Shown here in pieces: positions 1 to 8,835 of a stretch of DNA of 64,000 nt. The stretch is taken from assembly GCA_005222975.1 (NCBI GenBank), contig NJBI01000005.1:1-64000 (forward strand), in the 5' to 3' direction. Made by a program: the position numbers and the translations under genes. Origin of the DNA: Promethearchaeota archaeon Loki_b31. GTDB lineage: Archaea; Asgardarchaeota; Lokiarchaeia; Sigyniarchaeales; SOKP01. Each line of letters begins with the position of its first letter. The stretch's first letter is position 1. A model generated the notes under the pieces. That model was given only the letters and a program-made list of their open reading frames with translations, searched no databases and had not been told where the DNA came from.

Positions 1-416
1 TATGAAGTTAATTTATGCCGTAATGACCACCCAGAAACCGAGGGGCGATACGAGTTCTTGGGCGTCCCGCACTTCTCGATTTTATAAAAAACGATGGTTT
101 ATAGAGACGGGGTTTTCCGACTTAAATAGGATGGGTAAGCGCTGGAAATCGAAATACGATAACACGAGATATTTAGACATGCTGGTTCGAATGCTCCTTT
201 ATAACTCGTGGAAGATTAACAAGGCGTGGCTCAAAAAATGTCGTAAAAAAGGGAAGATACGCCAAAAGTGGACCTTACAAGACAACCAAGACGCTTTAGT
301 TGATTTATTTCTCGAGGCGTAAAGAAAATTAACAACGGTGTATCAAAAAGGTGAGAATAATGTCGGTTCAGAAAAGAATAAAAATTAATAGAAAAAAATT
401 ACTTCCTTAGATACTG
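1..416 (+). mobile_element. Right end of an IS4/ISH3-like insertion sequence (partial; left part outside window)
   Basis: Transposase C-terminus followed by a possible right terminal repeat ending ...CTTAGATACTG at 416 (reverse complement CAGTATCTAAGG, a CAG-type end). The left end and target duplication are not visible, so the boundary is tentative. Confidence 0.55.
2..322 (+). CDS. DDE transposase, C-terminal part (IS4/ISH3-like)
   Basis: YKKRWFIETGF matches the Y-x2-R-x3-E signature of IS4-type transposases; more GC-rich than its flanks; probably 5'-truncated by the window edge. Confidence 0.8.
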   Translation: MKLIYAVMTTQKPRGDTSSWASRTSRFYKKRWFIETGFSDLNRMGKRWKSKYDNTRYLDMLVRMLLYNSWKINKAWLKKCRKKGKIRQKWTLQDNQDALVDLFLEA

Positions 417-485
417 AGTATATAAAAAAATCAATAGTTATTACTTTTTCAGGGGATTCTGATAACTCATGAAACCTATGAGCTT

Positions 486-1022
486 TTATTGAGTTCTATT
501 AAAAACGAGATATGCTAAATCAGAAAAGATTGCTTCAATATTCTTATTAGTATCTTCTTTTACAGAAATTTCGTAATATAAGGTAATATTATTTCTCGAT
601 AAATACCGTTCAAGATATTCTTGCTCAATATTTCTTTTAACCATTAAATCCACTTTGTTTCCTAAAAGAATAATTGGTAATGTGGGATCATGCGCACGGA
701 AAATTGGAATGTACATTTCAATATTATATAGCGAACTTTTAGTCATTATATCAAACATCAATAAACCTGCGTCCGCGTCTTTAACGAGCTTTTCTAAGAA
801 AAAATTAAATCGCGCTTGAAAAGACAGTTTCCAAAAGTGAAGTGTCACATCCGACTCAATTAGAAGCGGCACATCTTTAGAATAGTAATCTATTCCAATG
901 TGAAAAGAGCTTTTAAAAGGACTAATCGAATCAAATTTGTGGCAATATTTTGAATATAAACTACTCAATCCATCAGAAGCACTACTTAGAGAAATAATTT
1001 TATATATTTTTCTTTCATTCAT
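486..1022 (-). CDS. Rab/Ras-like small GTPase with degenerate G1/G3 motifs
   Basis: G4 (GNKVD) and G5 (EISVK) are intact and LLMFDI is present, but G1 reads SSASDGLSS and G3 reads WKLSFQ. Confidence 0.75.
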   Translation of the reverse strand: MNERKIYKIISLSSASDGLSSLYSKYCHKFDSISPFKSSFHIGIDYYSKDVPLLIESDVTLHFWKLSFQARFNFFLEKLVKDADAGLLMFDIMTKSSLYNIEMYIPIFRAHDPTLPIILLGNKVDLMVKRNIEQEYLERYLSRNNITLYYEISVKEDTNKNIEAIFSDLAYLVFNRTQ

Positions 1023-1078
1023 TCAAACAACCTAGGTTCTTTTCAATAATACTAAATAAAAATTTAATAATTTCTATA

Positions 1079-1549
1079 TTAAGAAGTTTTTATCTTGTTT
1101 TCATTGAACGCATCATCAATTATTGGTTTATCTTGACAATACCCCATAACTAATAAAATAAAGATTATAGCACACCCAAGAAGTTCAAAAGCACCAATAG
1201 GTAGAAATAAAATGGTAAGGATCATGGTTAAAAGTAAACTACCAATTCCAATCCAAAATCCCCATAATAAATTTTTCATAAGCCCAATTGCAGAAACAGT
1301 TCTCATTATCGTAAAAGCCCAGAAAAGGGGTGCGAGAGATAAAGGTTGGGTTTCCATAAGTTGTTTTATTATCGGGACACCCCATTCTAAATAAAGATTT
1401 GGGATGATCTTAAATGCAATTAGGACAATTGCTACGCTATCTGATATTTCTAGTAAGGAGTAGAGTAGCATTGAAATTGATGCTACATATAAATACTTAT
1501 TTTCTTTAATTTTATGGGTGTGTTTGGACTGTTCCATAGATATATTCAA
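1079..1549 (-). CDS. Multi-pass membrane protein, unknown function
   Basis: About four hydrophobic helices; co-directional with neighbours. Confidence 0.7.
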   Translation of the reverse strand: MNISMEQSKHTHKIKENKYLYVASISMLLYSLLEISDSVAIVLIAFKIIPNLYLEWGVPIIKQLMETQPLSLAPLFWAFTIMRTVSAIGLMKNLLWGFWIGIGSLLLTMILTILFLPIGAFELLGCAIIFILLVMGYCQDKPIIDDAFNENKIKTS

Positions 1550-1565
1550 ATCATTTTATTATTAT

Positions 1566-2180
1566 TTATTTTAATTTTGATGCCTTTATTAATTTCGGAA
1601 ATAATGCTCCCGTTCTTTTCTGATATTCCGTATATTTTTCACCGAATCGTTTAACAAGATCTATTTCTTCATAGTGAATCATTATGGGTGTATAAATTAT
1701 GATGAACAATGAGGAAAGGATTACTAAAAACCATGAATTAAACATAAAACTCATAGCAATGAACATAGGAAACTCTCCAAGAGTTTGAGGATGTCTAATA
1801 TAGTTATAAATTCCACTATACATTTTTGTTTCTTTAGAAGGAGTTAGAGTTTCAGCCCCAGCATCCTTCATCCCCCTTATCAGAAGATATATACCTGGTA
1901 TCAATATACAGATCCCTATGATTATCCCAATCCAGATATTTGAACTAATGATCCACTCATTTGCAATGGGAAGAGGAAACCAAATCCAAAGGATTAAATT
2001 TGCAATAGATATAAATTCAGCAAATCCTCCAATTGAGCGGAATTTTTTACAATCTTTCCAAGCTTTGTCACCATATTTTTCTGAACGCTTCATGGGTTGG
2101 ATACTGAGGGTGTAAAAATAGCCCATAACAAAAAAGGTGCATAGTAATGAAATAAAATTTATGATCGAGACTAGAACCAA
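1566..2180 (-). CDS. Isoprenylcysteine carboxyl methyltransferase / PEMT-like membrane methyltransferase
   Basis: TM helices plus GIYNYIRHPQTLGE and EExxLxxRFGxxYxxY motifs. Confidence 0.85.
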   Translation of the reverse strand: MVLVSIINFISLLCTFFVMGYFYTLSIQPMKRSEKYGDKAWKDCKKFRSIGGFAEFISIANLILWIWFPLPIANEWIISSNIWIGIIIGICILIPGIYLLIRGMKDAGAETLTPSKETKMYSGIYNYIRHPQTLGEFPMFIAMSFMFNSWFLVILSSLFIIIYTPIMIHYEEIDLVKRFGEKYTEYQKRTGALFPKLIKASKLK

Positions 2181-2289
2181 ATTTTTATGCCTCTTATTAC
2201 TGAATATTATTTAGATGTAAAAATTATTGAAAATATTTATAATTATCGCAGCCTTTAAACAAGCTTGAAATTAATTTAATATTGACTAT

Positions 2290-2459
2290 CTACGCCATTC
2301 CAATAAGATATTTAAAGAATAAACCCCAATTTTTAGAGTGTACGAAAAAAGCAGGGATTTTATTTCTGCATTCTCTGCAAGAATCTCCAAATCGATCCTT
2401 TAGTTCTTTTTCTTCTAAAAATTAATATGATTATACATTCCAATGTATAAAATTATTAT
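2290..2459 (-). pseudogene. 3' relic of a second ICMT/PEMT-like gene
   Basis: Manual translation gives IILYIGMYNHINF/LEEKELKDRFGDSCRECRNKIPAFF...GMA* with one frameshift. It parallels EEIDLVKRFGEKYTEYQKRTGALF of the adjacent gene. No 5' part is present. Confidence 0.6.
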
Positions 2460-2553
2460 ACATAATTATGAATCTTTAATTAAAATTTAATTAAATATCT
2501 TAAACTAAAAAAATATTTACTTTAACAGAGTAAATCTATGAGAAAAGAAAATA

Positions 2554-2874
2554 TTAAAGTTTTGTACCACAATATCGGCAAAAGTCCTGATTACTATCTG
2601 ATAATTTTTCTCCACAGGAAGGACAATAACTTATCGCTTTAGAATTTAATCTGGGAGCTTGAGTTTGAAGTGTGGCTTGTGAGGTAACTTGTTCTGGAGA
2701 TCCCCATACTCTACCTTTACAAAATGGACACTGTGGTTCTTTTATTGAGTAAGAAATGAGGTAGATAATTCCAGGAATAATCCAAACAGCAAATAAAAGA
2801 AAACATAATATTGCATTAAAACTCTTCTGCGGTTCTACAGTCGTTTTACAGTTTAAACAATATTTCACTTTCAT
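2554..2874 (-). CDS. LITAF-like membrane zinc-ribbon protein with an extra C-terminal zinc ribbon
   Basis: CLNC-hydrophobic segment-CPFC, then CPSC...CRYC. Confidence 0.7.
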   Translation of the reverse strand: MKVKYCLNCKTTVEPQKSFNAILCFLLFAVWIIPGIIYLISYSIKEPQCPFCKGRVWGSPEQVTSQATLQTQAPRLNSKAISYCPSCGEKLSDSNQDFCRYCGTKL

Positions 2875-3030
2875 ACCTCTAAATTTGAAAAATCTAATTT
2901 AAGATTTCTTAAGATTAAATTAAATTGATTATGTTAATAATTTATCTAAATTTGTATAAAAAAGTTTCGGAGAAAACTATCTGGAGAAAAAATTTCTTTA
3001 GAATTAAGATTAAATCTTACGATTCTTTTA

Positions 3031-3415
3031 AATCATAAAATTTTGAGACAGGCACTATTTGATTATAATTTGAATGGTATAAAAAAAAATTCTAATTTAA
3101 GTTTAAGGAACAAATTATTCAAATTATTTGATATTATTAAAAATGGTTATTTTGATCCAGATATTTTCAAACATGGAAATCCTAGATGCTCACTTTTTAG
3201 AATATAAGGTTTATATGAGAATAAATTATTTAGATCTGATCTAGAACCGTTTGAAGGGGATTTAATCAAAAATAACATTTTTAGTCTGAATCCTTTAATT
3301 GGACAAAAATTATCTAAGTTAGTAAACAGAGCAGAAAGTTTTTATCGAAAAAAAATGCAGCATTTAGCATGGATCATAATCTTAAACATTTTTTTTAGAA
3401 AGATTTGTTTTTAAA
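3031..3415 (+). pseudogene. Decayed paralogous fragment of the pre-nuclease region of ORF 4279-7020
   Basis: Manual translation KILRQALFDYNL...RCSLFRI*G...GQKLSKLVNRAESFY...FSMDHNLKHFF aligns with KILRQAPFEYNL...RCSMFRIKG...GQKLSQMILNAESFY...FSIGNNIKHYF. There is a TAA at 3205-3207 and frameshifts near the 3' end. Confidence 0.8.
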
Positions 3416-3670
3416 AACATAAATATAAGTGGATTTGATTTTATTTTAAATAAAAAAATTAAATAAAAAAGGTTGTTTAAAAATTTAATTAAAGCATCTT
3501 TATTGGTGTTGTTATAAATATTTACGATGCTCAATAATCCCTTCTTTCACTGAACGTGGAATTACGGACTTCATTCATGTAATTCTTGATATTAGATTTT
3601 TTTTTTGTTCTTTAAATAAAAATGTTATAATTGGGTAGTAATAAGTTAAAAAATTTAAAAATAAGTAATT

Positions 3671-4282
3671 ATGCCGCATGTTATTGAAGATCCTTATTTT
3701 GAATCAAAAATTGAGGAATTGTTTAATGAATGGTATGAAATTGAGGGTGTAAGGAAAATAAAAGAACTTTCACGCCAGCTCCGAACTTTTTTTAATTATA
3801 AGATGGAAGTAGTAAGATATCGATTTCGATCCAATCTCTCTCCCACCGAAAACTGCACAAACACTAATGTTTTCGACCAAAAACAAAAGATTGAATCACT
3901 AACTCTTGAATTCATAACCATGCTTAAAAAGATGAAAAAAATTGACCAAACGCTTGAGCAAGCGATTCGATCTCTATTTTTTGAAGATAACAAATCACAG
4001 TTGAAAAAGCTATCAAAAATATCTGAGCAGTTGTTCATATTAATTCACTTTTTTTCAGAGGAAAGTCTTCACAGTCACCCAAAATTTCTTAGATTTATCG
4101 TAATATTAGCACAAGATATTTGTTTGGTGAATAAATGTTTGTACATGCAATTCAGCGAATTCTTTAAGGAACTTGAAATAAACTATAACAGTTTAGAAGG
4201 AGAACTTAATATCTTATTAGACAAAACACCAGTTGAGAAGAAAAAATTAAAAAAACAACTCAAGGAGAGATTAACTTCATGA
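3671..4282 (+). CDS. Helical hypothetical protein, translationally coupled to the nuclease-domain gene
   Basis: 203-aa ORF; ATGA 4-nt overlap with 4279. Confidence 0.75.
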   Translation: MPHVIEDPYFESKIEELFNEWYEIEGVRKIKELSRQLRTFFNYKMEVVRYRFRSNLSPTENCTNTNVFDQKQKIESLTLEFITMLKKMKKIDQTLEQAIRSLFFEDNKSQLKKLSKISEQLFILIHFFSEESLHSHPKFLRFIVILAQDICLVNKCLYMQFSEFFKELEINYNSLEGELNILLDKTPVEKKKLKKQLKERLTS

Positions 4283-7020
4283 AGGCATATACTAATGTGT
4301 CACGGAAAACTGTGGGAGAAGATCGAGTTGCAATCTGTCCAAATTTTGGTTGTGAGTTTATGTCGCGAGTTAAACCTCTTAAATTTGGATTTCTGGGTTT
4401 TGGTAAATATCCGAAATGTAAGAAACATCACATTCCATTAGTCTACATTGATGAAAGGATCGGTGATTTCGTGGATGCTGCTTTAGCGTGCTTGTTTGAT
4501 AAAACAGGACTCCCTTCAAGTGAATTACTTGCGAGTATAAAATCAAAATTCCCTGATGAATTAAACTCTTTTGTACAAGGATGGGTGTATTGTATCACGG
4601 TTGGGAGGGGGGCATCCATAGTTTCACACTACATGGATACGATTTCGAATACTTATCTCAAGCAATTAACCAAGAAACAGATAAAAACACTTAAAAAAGG
4701 AGATGTTTCTAAAACGAATCTCGTAAATAAAGCAATTAAGAATGGAATGAATGAAATCACCCATCAATATACCCGACTCGTCAAGCACATTCGGATTCAT
4801 TCTGAGGTCCTCATTAAGCAAAGTCAACTTAAACCACTTTCTAATTCTCTTAGAAATCATTTAATCAGTTGGCAAAAAAATATGATAAAACAAAATATGG
4901 CATTCAATTCCGAAGAAATGAAACAAAAAATTCCGCTTCTTGCATTAAAAACTTATTATGATCAAATCCTAAATGTGGGTACATGTCGATGCCTTATAGG
5001 ACTGAATCCTGAAAGTAAAAAAGCTAAGAAAGTAAAATTAACCGCGTTTGATAGATTTTCTGCTTATCATGATTTTTACACTGAAAAGTTAGCAATGAAG
5101 TTTACAAAATCCGATATTAATGACATTAGCACAGGAATTAAATTAAGCGTTAATAAAAATGACTTAAACTCAATTGATAAAAAATTAGGGCCTTTTAAAT
5201 CTCTTAATCACGATAAATCCTATATAATGTCTCATAACGAAAACTCTAGTTCCGATGATGATAAAAATCTCTGTGGGTCTCTCGTTAATCAGGCTAACGA
5301 GAATATTCACATTTTAGAAAATTTTAGTTCAATTCTACAAGAACTTAAAAGTAAATACAAAAATCAGAAAATAACGCGTGATCATATAAGTGAACATTGT
5401 GAATTGACTTCAAACTTCCGAAAATCAGGTATTTTAACAAAAAAGAGTTTTAAGAAATTACAGAATTTACTCGGAAGGCCGATTGAAAAAGAAATTATTT
5501 TAGGTTCTTATAGCAAGAATAAGGTTTTAAACATAAGACATAATAAAAATTTAGCAGAATTTATTGGAGTTCTTATTGCTAAAGGGCATTTAGAAAAAGA
5601 TCGAATGAGGATTAATCTTTCAGGTGTTTGTAAAAATCAAATTTTTTTAGACTATATAAAAGATTTATTAATTGAAATTTTTTTGCTAAAAGAGGAGAGA
5701 CTATATTTTAAATTTGGTAAAGATATGTCATATATATGTGTTAATAGCATTGTTATTCTTCATGAATTAAGGAAATTGGGAGTCATCTCAAAAATCTCGA
5801 ATGTTCCCGTTATTCCCAAATGGATTTTTACAAGAAATGATTTTATAGTTTCGTGTTTAAAGGGGATGTTTGAAATAGCAGGTCAATTAATTGTTAATTC
5901 AAGAGGATCTTTAGAAATAAGGTTTATTCGTCCTAAACGGTTTATTGTAGAATGTTTTAGAGATTTATGCTTTAGATTAGGTTTAGATCTCTCCCGTATT
6001 TACTCTTATCAACGAAAAATGGAGATTTATTCAAATAGCTCTTCTATTTCAAAAAAATTTTATGTTAGTATGAGTAAAAAAGCTAGTTTAAAAAGATTTT
6101 TTAATTTAATTTCTACTTTAAAATGGGAGTTATCTAAAGATAGAATTCAGTCTGTGCTGGAAGATAGAGGATCGTCTATAGCTGAAGTTTTAGAATTTAA
6201 ATTTAAATATGATATAAGGGATAAAATTTTAAGACAAGCTCCTTTTGAATATAATTTGGATTATTTGGACCATATTCCAAATCCAATTATAATACAAAAA
6301 TTGGCACATTTATTCCATATTATTGATGATCGGTTATTCAGTCTTGATATGTTTGGAAAAGACAGTCTTAGGTGTTCTATGTTTAGAATAAAGGGTTCCC
6401 AAGAAATAAAACTATTAAGTTCATTTTTTAAACCTTATGAAGATTATTTGCTAAATGGGAATCATGTTATTGTTGATTCTATAAATGGGCAAAAATTATC
6501 TCAAATGATTCTCAACGCAGAGAGTTTTTATAAAAATAAAGATGATGTTTTTAGCATAGGCAATAATATCAAACATTATTTCTTACAAAGATATGCGTCT
6601 AAATTTAAACCTCGATATGACTCTATTTTAGCCTCTGAATTATTGCTATGGTCTGAAGTAAACGATAATCAATATGACATTAATCACATTACAGGTCATG
6701 CAGATTATCTAGTATATGATCCATCTTGTAACACTTTTTATTTATGTGATTATAAACCCGATGAGATTAATTTTTTACCCACCATTCCTCAGGTTGCAAT
6801 GTACGGTATTCTGTTTGATAAACTTATTAATTTTAAGAATATTAACATAAAATGTATTACTTTTAATAAAAAAGATTCTTGGGAATACGATCCTTCTATT
6901 TTATTTATTCATATTCCTGTAATAATAAAAAATTTACAAGATCAGGGATTTCCAATAGACCCAATATGGCAAAAATGTTTTAGCAATGACTATAAGACTT
7001 TTTTTATTAATACTATTTAA
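4279..7020 (+). CDS. Multidomain protein: N-terminal Cys/His (Zn-binding?) domain + degenerate LAGLIDADG endonuclease-like domain + C-terminal PD-(D/E)xK nuclease
   Basis: CPNFGC...CKKH at the N-terminus. LAEFIGVLIAKG and CLKGMFEIAG resemble the two LAGLIDADG helices but lack the catalytic acids. GHADYL...CDYKPD...PQVAMYG is a RecB-type nuclease motif set. Confidence 0.75.
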   Translation: MKAYTNVSRKTVGEDRVAICPNFGCEFMSRVKPLKFGFLGFGKYPKCKKHHIPLVYIDERIGDFVDAALACLFDKTGLPSSELLASIKSKFPDELNSFVQGWVYCITVGRGASIVSHYMDTISNTYLKQLTKKQIKTLKKGDVSKTNLVNKAIKNGMNEITHQYTRLVKHIRIHSEVLIKQSQLKPLSNSLRNHLISWQKNMIKQNMAFNSEEMKQKIPLLALKTYYDQILNVGTCRCLIGLNPESKKAKKVKLTAFDRFSAYHDFYTEKLAMKFTKSDINDISTGIKLSVNKNDLNSIDKKLGPFKSLNHDKSYIMSHNENSSSDDDKNLCGSLVNQANENIHILENFSSILQELKSKYKNQKITRDHISEHCELTSNFRKSGILTKKSFKKLQNLLGRPIEKEIILGSYSKNKVLNIRHNKNLAEFIGVLIAKGHLEKDRMRINLSGVCKNQIFLDYIKDLLIEIFLLKEERLYFKFGKDMSYICVNSIVILHELRKLGVISKISNVPVIPKWIFTRNDFIVSCLKGMFEIAGQLIVNSRGSLEIRFIRPKRFIVECFRDLCFRLGLDLSRIYSYQRKMEIYSNSSSISKKFYVSMSKKASLKRFFNLISTLKWELSKDRIQSVLEDRGSSIAEVLEFKFKYDIRDKILRQAPFEYNLDYLDHIPNPIIIQKLAHLFHIIDDRLFSLDMFGKDSLRCSMFRIKGSQEIKLLSSFFKPYEDYLLNGNHVIVDSINGQKLSQMILNAESFYKNKDDVFSIGNNIKHYFLQRYASKFKPRYDSILASELLLWSEVNDNQYDINHITGHADYLVYDPSCNTFYLCDYKPDEINFLPTIPQVAMYGILFDKLINFKNINIKCITFNKKDSWEYDPSILFIHIPVIIKNLQDQGFPIDPIWQKCFSNDYKTFFINTI

Positions 7021-7137
7021 ATTCACTTATATAACTATAAGTTTTTTTAATTTTGAACTTTAAATATCACATATAATATTATTAGTTATATTTTCTCTTA
7101 AAAGCTATTTATGATATGATTTTAATATTGATTAGAT

Positions 7138-8043
7138 ATGCCAAAGAATATAAAAATTCCAGAACCAGAAAAAAATCTCAAATTCATTGATACTCATTGC
7201 CATCTAGGAGGTCTTCCACACCCAAAGCGAGATCAACTACCTTCTGATGAGCAACAATATAAGGACTTTTTTAAAAACGGTGGTGCTTACATAATAACAA
7301 GCTCGATCAATAACAATACTCTTGATTTAATTTTAAAATTTATTATAGGAAAAGAAAGAATGGGTTTCACATGTGGCTGGGCACCTCAAACTGTTACTTA
7401 TACACCTAAATTCCAATACGAAGGAGAATGGAAAAAATGGGTTGATTATATTGAAGGTAACCAAGAGCAATATTTAGCAATCGGTGAAATTGGTTTAGAT
7501 TTTCATCATGCTAAGACTCTTGAAAAGAGAAATAAACAAGTTACCGAACTGAAGAAAATTTTTGAACTGACTGTTAGTAATAATAAGCCTTATGTTCTTC
7601 ACGTTAGAAACGCTGCTGAGCACGAGTTTGATAGAGTTAACCCTAAACACCGCTTTAATAATAGAGATGGAGCTACAAAAGAAATTCTTAATATTATTAA
7701 GGAATTTAATGTTAATCCAAAAATAGTTATGTGGCACTGTTTTTCGGGGCCACAGGAGTATGGAATTTCTTTACCCAAGCAAGGTTATATGCTTTCCATT
7801 CCTAGTTCGGCTTATAGTATTAATAAATGGCGGAGAGTTACAAAAAATACTCCATTAAATTCTCTACTTACGGAAACTGACAGTTATTACCAACATCCAT
7901 ATCTACGAGGACCCGTGAACGTACCGTTAAATGTTAAATATTCAATTGCGGCTCTTGCATTTTCTCATAATGTACCGCAAAGTATCGTTAGTGAAAGAAC
8001 TATAGAAAACGCAATTAAATTTTTCGACTTAGATATTGATTGA
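7138..8043 (+). CDS. tatD: TatD family DNase
   Basis: DTHCHL, AIGEIGLDF, LHVR, HCFSG and LTETDS motifs. Confidence 0.92.
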   Translation: MPKNIKIPEPEKNLKFIDTHCHLGGLPHPKRDQLPSDEQQYKDFFKNGGAYIITSSINNNTLDLILKFIIGKERMGFTCGWAPQTVTYTPKFQYEGEWKKWVDYIEGNQEQYLAIGEIGLDFHHAKTLEKRNKQVTELKKIFELTVSNNKPYVLHVRNAAEHEFDRVNPKHRFNNRDGATKEILNIIKEFNVNPKIVMWHCFSGPQEYGISLPKQGYMLSIPSSAYSINKWRRVTKNTPLNSLLTETDSYYQHPYLRGPVNVPLNVKYSIAALAFSHNVPQSIVSERTIENAIKFFDLDID

Positions 8044-8141
8044 TAAAATATTTGGGAGTTTATCTCTTTATTTTTAAAAAATACGCTTTAAATAATGACT
8101 TAACTATTTTTATTCGATAATTAATTTAATAAGATATTAAG

Positions 8142-8669
8142 GTGGATTATATGAAAATTCTAATTACTTATTTTTCCAATACGGGAAACACAGAAAAAAT
8201 AGCTAAAAGTATGAAGGATGGCTTAATGGATTACGATGTAGACTTTACTCCCGCTAAAGATGTAGACCCTACAACATTGAGTTCATATGATATTGTGTTT
8301 TTAGGTTCAGGAGTTTATGCTAGTAGAATTGATAAATCAATCTTAGCTATGATAAAAAAAGCTGTTCCTGAACTCCCTGCAAAATATGTTTATTTTTGTA
8401 CGCATGCCAGTTTAAAATTATTTCAAGAACCATTTAAACGGATAACTGGTATCATTAAAGAGCATAATTGCGAAATTATTGGTGAATTTGATTGTGTGGG
8501 CGAGAATTTAGGCATACCTTTAGATACTCAGTTAGCTATGTTAGAAAGATTGCCAGAAGATCAAAGAGAGAAAGCGAAAAAAGATAGAGAGAAAATTAAA
8601 GGGCGCCCCAATGAAATGGATCTCGAAAACGCTAAGAATTTTGCTATTTCTTTAGTGAAAAATCTCTAA
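8142..8669 (+). CDS. Flavodoxin family protein (start possibly ATG at 8151)
   Basis: YFSNTGNTEKIA FMN-binding loop; LGSGVY. Confidence 0.88.
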   Translation: MDYMKILITYFSNTGNTEKIAKSMKDGLMDYDVDFTPAKDVDPTTLSSYDIVFLGSGVYASRIDKSILAMIKKAVPELPAKYVYFCTHASLKLFQEPFKRITGIIKEHNCEIIGEFDCVGENLGIPLDTQLAMLERLPEDQREKAKKDREKIKGRPNEMDLENAKNFAISLVKNL

Positions 8670-8835
8670 ATTCTTCTTTTTTTATTTATTTATAAAATCT
8701 CATCATAAAACAATGCAGATTTTGCATTAAAGTTTTTATTATTGTAAATAATCATAAAAATCAGTCTAAATTTTATTTAAATATTACCTAACAAATCTAA
8801 TCTTAACCTATTAAATTAAAAATAAAAATACGATT

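Noticed and set aside
5551-6130. LAGLIDADG region as an intein
   Set aside because: No N-terminal Cys/Ser block A, no TxxH block B and no terminal HN-C/S/T around it.
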